Below, piece by piece: positions 37,523 to 47,794 of a DNA stretch of 64,000 nucleotides. Positions within the stretch are counted from its first letter, which is position 1. The number at the start of each line of letters is the position of its first letter. The position numbers were made by a program, and so were the translations under genes. The stretch comes from an uncultured virus (IMG/VR IMGVR_UViG_3300031720_000001) (Duplodnaviria > Heunggongvirae > Uroviricota > Caudoviricetes). The stretch lies in the IMG/VR virus record IMGVR_UViG_3300031720_000001. One strand, written 5' to 3'. The notes beneath the pieces were generated by a model. It saw nothing but the letters and a program-made list of their open reading frames with translations, was not told the origin of the DNA and made no database searches.

Positions 37523-38857
37523 TCAGATGCGCATCGGCATGACAACGCCTACGAGTCGCGCGGCGCTGATCGGCCGCATGACCGCGTCCTCGGTGGACCG
37601 GACCAGGATCGGATCCAACTCCCCCGCGAACGCGATCGTGACCTTGCTGTCTGGGATCTCTTCCAGGAGTTCGAGGAGGTAGTTGGGTGCGACTCCCCAG
37701 CGTCCCGATGCGTCGCATGACTCCGCCGGGATTGGCTCCTTGACATCCCCGGTGTCGGGATTGTCGGTCGCCACCGTGAGCGCTCCGGGGGAAAGAACCA
37801 GCTTTGCGCCGGTCGCATTCGAGGCCACGAGCTTCGCGCGCTGCAGCGCCTCGATCAGGCGCTTGCGCTCGACCGTGACGAGCGTGCGGTTATCCTTGGG
37901 GATCACTTGCTCGTACGGCGGAAATTGTGCATCGGTGAGTTTGACCGCAAGCGTCGCGTTACCCCGGCGCACGAAGAGGTGAGGCGCCTTGACCACAACC
38001 TGGCACTCGTTCGTGGGTCCACGCGTTCCCAGAAGCTTGCGCAACTCCGCCAATCCCTTGCGGGGGATGATGATCCCGGCCATCAGGGGGCCCCCGAACA
38101 CCATGCGCGCTCCCGACCATACCCACGGCTCCCGGACCTTCGTGAGCCGATGGCCATCCGTCGACACCATGGTGAGCGTCGTCCCGTCGCACTCCATGAG
38201 AGCGCCCGCGAGATGAAACCGCGTCTCATCGCGACAGAGCGAGAACTCCACCGATTCGATCGCAGCGCGCCATGCCTTTGCGTCCGCGGTCTGCCACGCC
38301 AGATCGCCGGGTGATGGCACCTTGGGGTAGTCACGATCGGCCATCGCATCGATCCGAGCCGACACCACTCCCGCTCCGACCATGACGTGAGACCCCTTAC
38401 CCGTGAGCGAGATGTCATCGCCCCCCGGGAGCGTGCGGACGAGCGCGTTCAGCTTGTGCGCGGCGACCGCCGTACCCGCATGCGCCGATCCCTTGCCCGT
38501 CGGGATCGCGATCGTGAGCCACACGTCGAGATCGGTACCCACGAGCTCCAGCTCGGCGCCGCTCGACCGGATGAGCACATTCCCCAGCATGGGCATGGTC
38601 GCTTTCTTGTCGACCACGGACGCGATGCGCGCCATCGCCCCCTTGAGGTCGGAGTGCTTGACCGACACGTCCGATCGGGGGACTGACGTCAGAACGGGAA
38701 CCGACGGGGTCCCTTGCTCGATCGCCACGACCGCGTCTTTGTCATCGACCAGGATTGTAGTTGTGATGGTCTCCGTGCTCGCGAGCGCGACGGCCAGTGA
38801 ATCAGAAATGGCGACGGTCGGAACAGCGATGGGAGATGCCTTGCGATTCTTTCTCAT
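37523..38857 (-). CDS. dnaN: DNA polymerase III beta sliding clamp (phage-encoded, N-terminal extension)
   Basis: MPMLGNVLI..GTDLD..DETRFHLAG..STDGHRL..IIPRKGL..FPPYEQVIP..VVMPMRI. Confidence 0.9.
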   Translation of the reverse strand: MRKNRKASPIAVPTVAISDSLAVALASTETITTTILVDDKDAVVAIEQGTPSVPVLTSVPRSDVSVKHSDLKGAMARIASVVDKKATMPMLGNVLIRSSGAELELVGTDLDVWLTIAIPTGKGSAHAGTAVAAHKLNALVRTLPGGDDISLTGKGSHVMVGAGVVSARIDAMADRDYPKVPSPGDLAWQTADAKAWRAAIESVEFSLCRDETRFHLAGALMECDGTTLTMVSTDGHRLTKVREPWVWSGARMVFGGPLMAGIIIPRKGLAELRKLLGTRGPTNECQVVVKAPHLFVRRGNATLAVKLTDAQFPPYEQVIPKDNRTLVTVERKRLIEALQRAKLVASNATGAKLVLSPGALTVATDNPDTGDVKEPIPAESCDASGRWGVAPNYLLELLEEIPDSKVTIAFAGELDPILVRSTEDAVMRPISAARLVGVVMPMRI

Positions 38858-38865
38858 GACATGGT

Positions 38866-38959
38866 CGTTTCTGCCCCCAAGGGGCCATGGTTGTAGCTGT
38901 AACCCTGCTTGCCAGTGGCAAGAGCGCTCGTCGCTCGTGACACCGATCCGCGGGCTACT
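38866..38959 (-). repeat. Intergenic regulatory direct repeat, copy 1
   Basis: 52 bp (38908-38959) identical to 39404-39455, plus a shared CCCCCAAGGGGCCATGGTTGTAGC block. Confidence 0.9.
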
Positions 38960-39347
38960 TGACCCCGGCGAGAACAGCGCTGACCGACAGCTTGTAGCGC
39001 TGGCCACTGGAATCGCTAGCAATCACAGGCAAGCGTCCTCTGTGGGCGGACATTCCCAGGAGCGTGTACTCCTTGCCATTGTGCCGGAACGTCTTGCCGA
39101 GCAGGCCAGGATCCAGGCCGATCGAATGAGCGAATCGCTGAAACGTTGTCGCCTCGCGTGAGAGCACCACTCCGTCGGTCGCCTTGATCGCGATCTCCAC
39201 CTTGCACGTGAAGTTGGTATGGGTAAAGGTTCCCCCTCGTAGCACGATCGCCACTCCCAACTCGTCAGCGAGCGGTCGCAACGCGGTATTGATCCGCTCG
39301 GACATCTCGGCGCACTGCGCACGATCGAACCCTGTGATCTTCGTCAT
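38955..39347 (-). CDS. Hypothetical phage protein bracketed by direct repeats
   Basis: GGAG RBS; lies exactly between the two repeat copies. Confidence 0.65.
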   Translation of the reverse strand: MTKITGFDRAQCAEMSERINTALRPLADELGVAIVLRGGTFTHTNFTCKVEIAIKATDGVVLSREATTFQRFAHSIGLDPGLLGKTFRHNGKEYTLLGMSAHRGRLPVIASDSSGQRYKLSVSAVLAGVK

Positions 39348-39359
39348 TTATGAGATCTC

Positions 39360-39455
39360 CGTTTCCGCCCCCAAGGGGCCATGGTTGTAGCCGGGTAACC
39401 CAACTTGCCAGTGGCAAGAGCGCTCGTCGCTCGTGACACCGATCCGCGGGCTACT
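39360..39455 (-). repeat. Intergenic regulatory direct repeat, copy 2
   Basis: Matches copy 1 at 38866-38959. Confidence 0.9.
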
Positions 39456-39858
39456 CGCCCGGGATGTCCCATGCTGCCTCGGTATAGCCGGGCACTTGTG
39501 TGATCGCGTGACACAGGATCGCCTGGACTGCCCCGGCCAGCACGCTCCCCTCCCAGTAATCAGCCTCGCATGCTTGGTACTCAAAGCATTGTGCAGCCTT
39601 GACGACCTGAATCGGTGTCAGCTTTCGCGCGAGCGAAATGCTACCTCCAGCGAGCTTGAAACACTCGACGACAGGGTCGTGAGGGTAGCGCGTGCGATAC
39701 GCGTGTACGTTCGCCGCGTAGAGAGCGCGTGCGGTGAGTTCCAGATCAGACCTGCTTGTATCTTCTGGCGTGTAGCGGGTCGGCTCGTACAGCCGGTTAC
39801 CGGTGGCGTATGCTGCCAGCATACAGATATGTGTGAATGAACAGATGAAGCAACTCAT
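39451..39858 (-). CDS. Hypothetical phage protein
   Basis: MSCFICS..AN..RY..K...CFEYQACE. Confidence 0.6.
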   Translation of the reverse strand: MSCFICSFTHICMLAAYATGNRLYEPTRYTPEDTSRSDLELTARALYAANVHAYRTRYPHDPVVECFKLAGGSISLARKLTPIQVVKAAQCFEYQACEADYWEGSVLAGAVQAILCHAITQVPGYTEAAWDIPGE

Positions 39859-40073
39859 TGCGCTCCTGGGGTAGCAGTCTTGCCGCACATCTCGCACGCG
39901 ATCTGGAATGTCGCCTCCCGGACGTGTTCCGGGGTCACGCGTTCGATCCGCTGACCGGAAATGTCTCGCCCGCTGTACTTGGCGGACGTCCCACAGTGGG
40001 CGCCGCAGAGGATCATCCCGTTATCGAGGAAGTACAGCGCGTGATCGACCGTGAACTGTTTGGACGTTCTCAT
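39855..40073 (-). CDS. Small Zn-binding protein
   Basis: CGAHCG..CEMCG; coupled ORF. Confidence 0.5.
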   Translation of the reverse strand: MRTSKQFTVDHALYFLDNGMILCGAHCGTSAKYSGRDISGQRIERVTPEHVREATFQIACEMCGKTATPGAQ

Positions 40074-40501
40074 GGTCCCACCTCGTCGGTATCCGCCGCG
40101 ATCCGGCGGAGTGTCGGCCGCAACACGGTGAGCACGCTGGCCAACTCGACGTCCGACAGGTCGTCACGTCCGGCGAATCCCAGCGTGCGTAGCGCGGCGA
40201 GTAGTTCCGTCTCACACCGCTCGAGTGCGTGACGAAACGACACGAGATCGGAGCGTTCCAAGAGCGTCGCCAGTTCGCCCCGGACAATGCCGAGCGCGGT
40301 CGTTTCGTCGGACTCCGGACAGAGTTCCCTGTGGTATCCGATCCCCTTGCAGGCCTCGCAGGTCGTCATGGCAACGCCGCACGTACCGCAGCAACCGGTG
40401 CCATCGCCGGTGCAAAGTGCACCGGCTGCGGATTCGTGGTCTGTGGCGGGTTCCCAGGCTGGCGCGCCAAACGAGTCCAGGAAATAGATCTTGGACGTCA
40501 C
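40070..40501 (-). CDS. Cys-rich hypothetical protein
   Basis: CCGTCG..CEACKG; coupled ORF. Confidence 0.45.
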   Translation of the reverse strand: MTSKIYFLDSFGAPAWEPATDHESAAGALCTGDGTGCCGTCGVAMTTCEACKGIGYHRELCPESDETTALGIVRGELATLLERSDLVSFRHALERCETELLAALRTLGFAGRDDLSDVELASVLTVLRPTLRRIAADTDEVGP

Positions 40502-41118
40502 GCGGTCCCCCGATCCGCCCGTTCACCGGCGCGCGCACGCTCACGCAATTGCTCCTCGAAGTCCGCGATCCGCTCGTCCAGTTCGCGAGCGCTTCCGTAG
40601 CGCGTGAGGCATGCGCCGTTCCAGAGATAGAACCGCGTGTCATCCGAGCCGTAGGCGTTCACGAACATACGCGCGAACTTCTGAGACCGGTACTCCGGGC
40701 CCATGAATGCCATGTAGGTTGCCCCCGGGTGCAGAACCCAGGCAAACGCATCGGTATGACGATGCGTGGCAAGCGCCGCAGCGTCGTGCCTCGTGAGGTC
40801 CGTCTCGAACCTCACGAGGAAGCCCTTTGCTTCGTGGCGCAGGAGCGCCAGCGCTGGATGCTCGGTCATGGCGCGCTTACGCATGGGGGAATAACTCCCC
40901 CGCCCGGATCCGGGCATCGATTGCGGCGCGAACGCGCTCGGCGCTACGCAGGTAGCAGTGACGCAGTTCCCCCGCGCCGTCCAGTTCCCAGAGACACACG
41001 TTGCAAGCGTCGTACATCGTGGCATCGGGCCATCGGCCGCTGTGCGACGCATCGGCGCGCACTGCCAGGATCTGCGCGCGCGTGACTACCGTGTGGGTAG
41101 GTGTGCAAAAGCGACACA

Positions 41119-41409
41119 TTACAGGTCACCCTTGGCGCGTTCGAGCAGTTTGTCGCGAAAGCCACCGAGATCGGGAGCGATCTTCGTCAGGCCATCATCG
41201 CCCGAGAACTTCCAGGCAACGATCTGGTCGCGCGTGAGGGTTCCCCAGTCGTCGGGACCCTGGATCTCGACGCGGTCGAACTTCCAACCCTCCCACAGTG
41301 CCGGGGTCATGTGCACAATCGCAACGCGCGCATCGCTCACGACCATGTATTGGCGCCACCCCTTCCCCTCGCGGACCAGAATCGCAGGCGCAGTATCTAC
41401 TTGTGCCAT
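41119..41409 (-). CDS. Hypothetical protein
   Basis: ORF downstream of a CCCC/GGGG leader motif. Confidence 0.45.
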   Translation of the reverse strand: MAQVDTAPAILVREGKGWRQYMVVSDARVAIVHMTPALWEGWKFDRVEIQGPDDWGTLTRDQIVAWKFSGDDGLTKIAPDLGGFRDKLLERAKGDL

Positions 41410-41508
41410 GAGGCACATCCTTCCGACCCCCAAGGGGCCATGCGAGTGAATCTCGCTGTATCGCGCCATCGATCGCGGACGATCGGTGGCAACTGTACAG
41501 AGGGATTC

Positions 41509-41739
41509 CTAGCGAACCGCTTGCAAATTGCCGCTCGCAAAGTGGCGCTGGCCCGTATCGTCGATGTTGCGCTCGTCTACCGCGGTCCATCGCGCCGGAT
41601 CATGGCTGCACAGACCGCACGCGCATACCTGGACAATCCACGTGCTACGCGAATCTGGACCTGTGTGATTGCCGGTGTTGCGCAGAAACTTGCCAGTGAG
41701 CCGAACGGACACGCCCGGCGAGAATTTTGGTTGCGACAT
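41509..41739 (-). CDS. Small SH3-like hypothetical protein (first gene of the leftward unit)
   Basis: FSPGVSVRL..NLQAV; leader motif upstream. Confidence 0.45.
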   Translation of the reverse strand: MSQPKFSPGVSVRLTGKFLRNTGNHTGPDSRSTWIVQVCACGLCSHDPARWTAVDERNIDDTGQRHFASGNLQAVR

Positions 41740-41815
41740 GAGACCCTTCTAGCCCCCAGGGGGCCATCGAACCCAGGAGCCAGCCTCCGGGGCAATCAGA
41801 GACAAATGCGAGAGT

Positions 41816-41830
41816 CTTGCCAGTGGCAAG
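41816..41830. promoter_or_regulatory. Palindromic operator in the divergent control region
   Basis: Perfect copy; TTGACA at 41906-41911. Confidence 0.7.
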
Positions 41831-42145
41831 AAATCAGGTCCGAGGGGCCATTCCGAGGGGTTGGCCCGACTCTGGCCGTCCGGAGTGGTGAAAACCGGCC
41901 AAAGGTTGACACTCCGGATGTGAAAAACGGACACGTTTCACCACTCCCGGGCAGCCTATCAGGTACTTGGGTCCGTTCTGTCAGGTCAATCCGGAGGTCT
42001 AGCAACCCCTGGGCCACAGGCCATGGCCTACGGACCCCTACTTCGAGGCCAGGGAAGCGCTCCGAAAGCGCTCTGCTACCCCACGATCGGGCCAGCGAAA
42101 TCGCGCATGATGTTCATGATGCGTCGAATCGAACCGAGGAACGAC

Positions 42146-42697
42146 ATGGCGGATGGCTTCGAGCTGGCACCAGCTCCTGCTGCGGGCCCGGATGGAGCGC
42201 TGGGGATGCCCGCGTTGCGGGTTCTGGCGCCCCCGCGCCCCCGGCTGTGCGAAGCGGGGCCCTGCCGGAACTACCACCGGTTCGAGATCCAACTCGAAGC
42301 GGCCAACCCCCGGGCGCAGACCGTGCCGGTAGCGCTCCCGCCGGGCACTCTGGGCGCGCAGGAGGTGCCCGGCGGCACGGTCTACCAGGCGCCCGCGACG
42401 TTCCACGTCGAGACGCACCACTACTGTTACCCGACGCCGGGGGTCGAGATGACGCTGGGGTCGCTACCCGTGACCATGTGCAACCGGTGGAACCCCTACC
42501 ACGACAGCATCACGCAGGACGCCGGCGCCATGTGGGACAACCGGAAGGCGTTCATGGAGTCGCCGGAGGGGGCCGCGTACCGGGCGGCGATCGCGGACTG
42601 GGAGAGCGCGCGTGCGCGCGAGATCGAGGACGCCGCCGATGCCGAGCGGCTGATCGCCCAGTCCCTGGGTATCGAGCCCGAAGGAGCCATGCAATGA
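42146..42697 (+). CDS. Hypothetical protein
   Basis: GAGGA RBS; Cys cluster. Confidence 0.6.
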   Translation: MADGFELAPAPAAGPDGALGMPALRVLAPPRPRLCEAGPCRNYHRFEIQLEAANPRAQTVPVALPPGTLGAQEVPGGTVYQAPATFHVETHHYCYPTPGVEMTLGSLPVTMCNRWNPYHDSITQDAGAMWDNRKAFMESPEGAAYRAAIADWESARAREIEDAADAERLIAQSLGIEPEGAMQ

Positions 42698-43152
42698 GCA
42701 TCGAGCAACTGCAACAGGACCTGACGCAGATCATGGGACGGCTCCTGGCCAACCCGCCGACCACGACGGCCGACCTGGTCCTCTTCCTCTCTGACAACCT
42801 CCTGCCCTGGCTGCAGTCCCAGGCCGAGGAGCTCGGTGAGATGGACGAGGCCATCGAGGACGTCGTTCACCAGTCGGTGGACGTGCTCCATCCCGAGAGC
42901 GGGGAGGTGTTCGCCGGCATCATCACGAGCGGGACGGCCATCGCCGCCGAGCTGGCGACGCGGGCCGGCAACGATGCGCGGCTCCTGAAGGTCATCAAGG
43001 AGTTCCGAACGCTGGCTGCGCGGGGCACGCAGCTCCTGGAGGAGATCGTGCTCGAGGACGATGAGGACGACGACGAGGACGATGAGGATGACGACGACGC
43101 GCCCGGGGCCGTCAACGGTGGGGCCCCTGGCACTGAAGGCAAGGACGCATGA
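42694..43152 (+). CDS. Helical protein with acidic tail
   Basis: ATGA coupling; EDDEDDDEDD tail. Confidence 0.65.
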   Translation: MSIEQLQQDLTQIMGRLLANPPTTTADLVLFLSDNLLPWLQSQAEELGEMDEAIEDVVHQSVDVLHPESGEVFAGIITSGTAIAAELATRAGNDARLLKVIKEFRTLAARGTQLLEEIVLEDDEDDDEDDEDDDDAPGAVNGGAPGTEGKDA

Positions 43153-44960
43153 GCCAAGAATTCGGCCCCAAGCGGAGACTCCTGCGGGATGTCCCGTCGC
43201 CCGAGACCGAGCTCGAGACGCCCGAGGCGCGCCGGGAGGCCCGGGATCCGGAGGTGCCCGCGGAGGACTCCGGGACGGATGACCGCGATCGCAAGGAAGC
43301 GGACGCGGAGCCCGAGGACCGGGCCAAGCGCGACAAGCGCGACAAGGCCGAGCGCATGTCGCCGACGATGACCGCGATCCGGAACGAGGAGGAGCGGTCG
43401 CTCAAGGAGTGGCTGGACGGCCTGGGCCAGGTCGGGGCGTTCAAGGTGCAGTTGCGTCGCGAGCAGCCCAAGCACGTCCGGGTGAACGGCCGCGACGTCA
43501 AGACCGAGGGATTCCTCGAGACCTACGATCACTCCATCGATGAGGAGTTCATCCAGAAGGAGCACGGCGGCGGCACGTACGCGATCAAGGTGACCCGCCG
43601 GGGTGCCAACGGCAGCTACAAGTACGAGCCCGGGCTTCACCGGACCATCACGATCGCCGGCGACCCCAGCCTCGAGCGGCTCCCCTCGAGCACGCCCGCG
43701 GCCGGCGCCGCTCCTGCGCCGACACAGCCCGCCGAGGGCCTGGGCTTCGTCAAGGAGACGTTCGGGGTGCTCACCAAGGAGATCGACCGCCTGCATGAGC
43801 GCAGCGAGCGCAAGGAGCCGGTGGTCCCCAAGGGCATCGACCCGGCGCTTCAGGTGGTGCTGGATCAGATGCGGCGCGACGCGGATCGCCGCGACAAGGA
43901 GGTCGGCGAGCTCCGGGTCGAGCTCGCGCGCGCGCGCGACACCAAGCCAGCCGAGGACCCCATCAAGGACAAGATCCTTGGCTCGCTGATCGACGGCGAA
44001 TCGGGCCGGATCGCCGCGCTCCGACTGACCCACGACTCAGAGCTCCGACAGATCAAGGACGCGACCGTCGCCGAACAGAGCCGGCGCGACGATCGCCACG
44101 AGCGCGACGTCGCGGCCCTGCGCGCCGGTCACGAGCGCGAGATCGCCACCATGAAGGCCAGCTACGAGCGCGAGATCGCCGCGCTCCGCCAGACCCACGA
44201 GGTCACCAGCGCGATCTCGACCCAGAGCAGCAACCTGCAATTGAAGGTGCTCGAGAACGACAACAAACGGCTGGAGCGCGAGCTCGACGCGCTCCGGATC
44301 GAGGTCAAGGACCTCCGTGCCCGCAAGGACAAGACCATCGTCGAGCAGGCCAAGGACCTCGAAACGATCAAGGACGCGCTGGGGCTCGACAGCGGTGACA
44401 AGACGAACTTCGACAAGCTGCTCGAGGTGGTCTCTAGCCCCGCCGCGGCCGAGTTCGTGGGTCGGATCGTCGGTGGCAAGGAGACCGCCGCCGCGACCAC
44501 GACGGCCGCCACCGCCCAGGCGGCGGGTCCGTCCCGGACCTTGGTCCAGGCGGCGGACGGCCAAAAGTACTGGCACGTGACCGACGGCAAGGGCGGCCAG
44601 CGCTTGGTCCCTGCCAAAAAGAAGCCCAAGGTGATCCCCGCGATCGTCAACCCGGATGGCACCGTGGCCACGCCGGAGATCGTCCTACCGGAGATCGACC
44701 CCACGCAGATCGCGGTGGTGGTGGGATACCTCGAGCGCGCCTTCGCTTCCCGGCAAGAACCCGAGGTGGTGGCACAGAGTGGGAGGACGACCGTCCCCGA
44801 GGAAATCCTGACGTGGATCCGCACGCATGACACCGAGCAGGTCTCCGGCGTTGACCTGTTCATGTCTAAGGTGGCAAAATTACCGGGCACCTCGCCCCTC
44901 TTGTCGCAGGCAGGAAAGAACTGGCTGCGCAAGGTGGGTAAGGCGCTCGTCGGCGACTGA
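43149..44960 (+). CDS. Large coiled-coil protein
   Basis: 603 aa ORF with a long heptad region. Confidence 0.75.
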   Translation: MSQEFGPKRRLLRDVPSPETELETPEARREARDPEVPAEDSGTDDRDRKEADAEPEDRAKRDKRDKAERMSPTMTAIRNEEERSLKEWLDGLGQVGAFKVQLRREQPKHVRVNGRDVKTEGFLETYDHSIDEEFIQKEHGGGTYAIKVTRRGANGSYKYEPGLHRTITIAGDPSLERLPSSTPAAGAAPAPTQPAEGLGFVKETFGVLTKEIDRLHERSERKEPVVPKGIDPALQVVLDQMRRDADRRDKEVGELRVELARARDTKPAEDPIKDKILGSLIDGESGRIAALRLTHDSELRQIKDATVAEQSRRDDRHERDVAALRAGHEREIATMKASYEREIAALRQTHEVTSAISTQSSNLQLKVLENDNKRLERELDALRIEVKDLRARKDKTIVEQAKDLETIKDALGLDSGDKTNFDKLLEVVSSPAAAEFVGRIVGGKETAAATTTAATAQAAGPSRTLVQAADGQKYWHVTDGKGGQRLVPAKKKPKVIPAIVNPDGTVATPEIVLPEIDPTQIAVVVGYLERAFASRQEPEVVAQSGRTTVPEEILTWIRTHDTEQVSGVDLFMSKVAKLPGTSPLLSQAGKNWLRKVGKALVGD

Positions 44961-44987
44961 CCGGCGACACGCCTCTCATCTCTCCGG

Positions 44988-45617
44988 GTGAAAGGCACGT
45001 TGACCGGATCGCAGCCACATCGCCCCCCCGCCCCCGGCTTGCCACTGGCAAGTCCCGGATACGGTGGGTCGCGCCTGTTCTGGCTGCCCGATCAGCCGCC
45101 GACGTCACGGGTTGGATACTCGGGGGCCCCGCAGACCATCGCGGTGATGCGCAAGGCCGCGCTGGACGACGCCAACCACTTCATCACCCGCGAGTTGGCC
45201 GAGACGGTCTGCGAGGGCCTGGACTCCAAGGACTACACCTCCGAGTACTTGGCGCTCTACCAGTTCCTCCTCCAGCGCACCCGGTACATGCGGGATCCCC
45301 GGCGCACCGAGCTCGTGCGGGCGCCCTACATCATCAGCCAGCAGATCATGGCAGGTCACCGGCCGAGCCTGGACTGCGACGACATGGCGTGCTGGTTGGC
45401 GGCGGCGGTGCTGGCGGTCGGCGGGCGGCCGGAGTACTGCACGGTCGCGTTCGCCCGGCTCATGTACGGCGATCAGCCGCAGTACTCCCACGTGTTCATG
45501 CGCGCCCTCGAGCCCCGCACGCGGGTCCATCTCGTCCTCGACCCGGTGGCGGCCGAGAAGACGCCGCAGATGCTCTCGCGAATCAAGCAAGCCGCAACGT
45601 GGCCGGTGGCGGCCTAG
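44988..45617 (+). CDS. Transglutaminase-like cysteine protease (candidate maturation protease)
   Basis: RYMRDP..ELV..P; LDCDDM (Cys), SHVF (His), LVLDP (Asp). Confidence 0.75.
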   Translation: MKGTLTGSQPHRPPAPGLPLASPGYGGSRLFWLPDQPPTSRVGYSGAPQTIAVMRKAALDDANHFITRELAETVCEGLDSKDYTSEYLALYQFLLQRTRYMRDPRRTELVRAPYIISQQIMAGHRPSLDCDDMACWLAAAVLAVGGRPEYCTVAFARLMYGDQPQYSHVFMRALEPRTRVHLVLDPVAAEKTPQMLSRIKQAATWPVAA

Positions 45618-45638
45618 GGACGTACACCAGGAGACAAC

Positions 45639-47336
45639 ATGGCCTACAACCTACCAAATGCATGGGACCCGGGGTTCGCGCTCCCGTCCAATGTCGTCGA
45701 CGAGGGCCTCGAGCGGCGCGGCTTTGTCACCAAGCAGATGCCGCGCGGCACCTATGACAATCCATCGGTGGGGACGGGTGGCTTCGCGGTCCCCCAGTAC
45801 ATCAAGGACGAGGGCTACGGCCAGGGCACGTTCACCACCAAGTGGCAGCCGTCGGGCTCCTACAACGGTCCCAGGGTCCCGCCCTGGCTGAACCAGCGCC
45901 CCAAGGTCGTCCAGCAGCGCCGGCTCCCCGGCGGCGGCCATGCGTACACGGTCCAGCCGCTGGGGGACGACGACGCGCCGATGCCCGCGCCGTTCGAGCA
46001 GTACGGGCAGCGCGCGGCTGCCGAGCTCCTGTCGCGTATCCGCACCTTGCCGCCCGGTCGCCGGCAGGCCGCGATGAAGGCGATCATGGACCAGGTCGAC
46101 AAGAGCCTGTGGAAGCGCACCCAGGACATCACCAAGCGCTACGTGGCGCAGGGCGTACCGGTCGTGCAGGCGTTCCCGCAGGCGCTGGCGCGCGCGCTGG
46201 CGACCGGGATCGCGGCCGAGCTCATCGATACGGGTCTGCGACGTACTGCACCCCAGGCCGCCTCGCTCCTGGGCCTGGGGTGCTATGGGCCACAGGCCTT
46301 GGGAGCGACGCGGGCCTCGCATGTCTCGGGCACGATCCTGGGACAGGGGCCCGTTCTGGTGCCGCCAGCGGCGACGACCAAGGGGGTGGGGGTCTTGACC
46401 GCGCCGGCGGTGCCGGCCGAGCCGACGCTGGTGGTGGCGGGGGTGGGCTTCACGCCGTCCAAGCTGACGCGCGCGTGGGCCACCGGGGTGCCGTCCAGCA
46501 CGGTGGCCAACCGCGCGGCGCCGCCGGACGTGCAGATCGACGATCCCCGGGACATCCCGGCCGAGGCCATCGCGTTCTTGCGCGACCAGCTCCTCACGTA
46601 CGTGGGCGACACGACGCGGTCGTTTTGCAGCACGGACGCCACGACCGGGTTCCCCGAGTGGGACGCCAGCACGTGGTTTGGCGCGCTGGGGATCACCTGC
46701 GATAACAAGATGAACATGCACGCGCTCTGGCACCTGCGGACGGCGATCGCTCCGTTCGCGCGGGTCAAGAACGAGCTCACCGGCGAGCCCATGGTGCTGC
46801 ACATCTCGCTGGCGGCCCGTGACATCTCCAAGCCGGGAGACCCGACCGCAAACCCCTTGGCGCTCAAGTTCTGGCTCTCCAAGGTCCCGGATCTGAGTCT
46901 CTGGCAGTCGATCTGGAACACGCTCATCTGGCTGCCGATGAAGATCGACCAGCACGTGCTCGCGCCCATCGTGCAGCCGATTGTTGACGTCGTGGGCACG
47001 GCCGGAACGGTGATCGGGGCGGGCGCGGGCGCGGTCGGCGACGCGGTCGGCGACGGGCTCAAGAAGCTGGGCGATCTGGCCTGCGACCTGCTCAAGACCC
47101 CGGGCGTCGGCGCCGCAGCGGGCGCGGCGGGCGCGGCGGTGGCCGGGGTGCCCCCCCAGGCGGGCGCGCAGGCAGGCCAGGCGGGCGCGCAGATCGCGCA
47201 GGGCGTGTGTGGCGCGCCGCCCCCGCCGCCGATGTTCATGCCCCAGTCGTCGATCTTGCCACTGGCACTCCTGGGCGGGGTCGCCGTGGTGGGCGCGATG
47301 CTCCTGTTCGGCGGCAAGAAGCGGAGTCCCCCATGA
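45639..47336 (+). CDS. Large virion-like membrane protein
   Basis: AGGAG RBS; MAY start; C-terminal TM helix followed by KKR. Confidence 0.75.
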   Translation: MAYNLPNAWDPGFALPSNVVDEGLERRGFVTKQMPRGTYDNPSVGTGGFAVPQYIKDEGYGQGTFTTKWQPSGSYNGPRVPPWLNQRPKVVQQRRLPGGGHAYTVQPLGDDDAPMPAPFEQYGQRAAAELLSRIRTLPPGRRQAAMKAIMDQVDKSLWKRTQDITKRYVAQGVPVVQAFPQALARALATGIAAELIDTGLRRTAPQAASLLGLGCYGPQALGATRASHVSGTILGQGPVLVPPAATTKGVGVLTAPAVPAEPTLVVAGVGFTPSKLTRAWATGVPSSTVANRAAPPDVQIDDPRDIPAEAIAFLRDQLLTYVGDTTRSFCSTDATTGFPEWDASTWFGALGITCDNKMNMHALWHLRTAIAPFARVKNELTGEPMVLHISLAARDISKPGDPTANPLALKFWLSKVPDLSLWQSIWNTLIWLPMKIDQHVLAPIVQPIVDVVGTAGTVIGAGAGAVGDAVGDGLKKLGDLACDLLKTPGVGAAAGAAGAAVAGVPPQAGAQAGQAGAQIAQGVCGAPPPPPMFMPQSSILPLALLGGVAVVGAMLLFGGKKRSPP

Positions 47337-47794
47337 GCAAGCCCACCAAGAACGCGCGCGAACTGCTGGTCCAGATCGGCATCGGTCACTTCAACGCCAC
47401 GATGGTCATGCCGTACATGTTCATCGCGCCAGCGACCACCGATCCGAAGTCCGCGCAGACCATCCTAATGGTGCAGGCGATCCAGCGCGCGCTGTGGCAA
47501 CTGGGCGCGCACGACGTGGCCGAGTCGGGGCGGCTCGACGAACCGACCGCGCGCGCGCTGGCGCAGGTGGTGGGCCCCAACTGGGAGCGCACGACCTGGG
47601 CGGGCAACATCTCAGCGGTCCTGACGGCCCGGGAGAATGGGCTCTCGCTGGCCGCGCCCGAACTGCCGTCCGGCATGCCAGTGGCGGTCGGCGGACCTCT
47701 GGACTTCTTGCCCGACGTGCCGGGCGGGCTCGTCACGTACGCGGTGGGAGCGTACTTCCTCTACCGTCACTTCACGCGAAAGGCGCGCACATGA
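47333..47794 (+). CDS. Membrane-anchored protein with a peptidoglycan-binding-like segment
   Basis: VQAIQRAL..G.LD..TARAL; C-terminal TM plus basic tail. Confidence 0.6.
   Translation: MSKPTKNARELLVQIGIGHFNATMVMPYMFIAPATTDPKSAQTILMVQAIQRALWQLGAHDVAESGRLDEPTARALAQVVGPNWERTTWAGNISAVLTARENGLSLAAPELPSGMPVAVGGPLDFLPDVPGGLVTYAVGAYFLYRHFTRKART

Noticed and set aside
38890..38922. Palindrome half-site TGGCA as a sigma54 -24 element, or TTGCCA as a sigma70 -35
   Set aside because: No GC at the -12 position, and spacing to the TACAAC-like -10 differs between the two repeat copies
41689..41698. Additional operator copy CTTGCCAGTG
   Set aside because: The right half-site is broken, so it was not counted
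41101..43152. 683 aa ORF and other long antisense or alternative-frame ORFs (e.g. 22620-24533, 31074-32780, 57554-59110)
   Set aside because: High-GC shadow ORFs overlapping better-supported genes; only the 3' parts 42694-43152 and 23916-24533 look genuine
43149..44960. Packaging ATPase or tape-measure protein
   Set aside because: No Walker A/B motifs seen; coiled coil only, and no tail genes nearby
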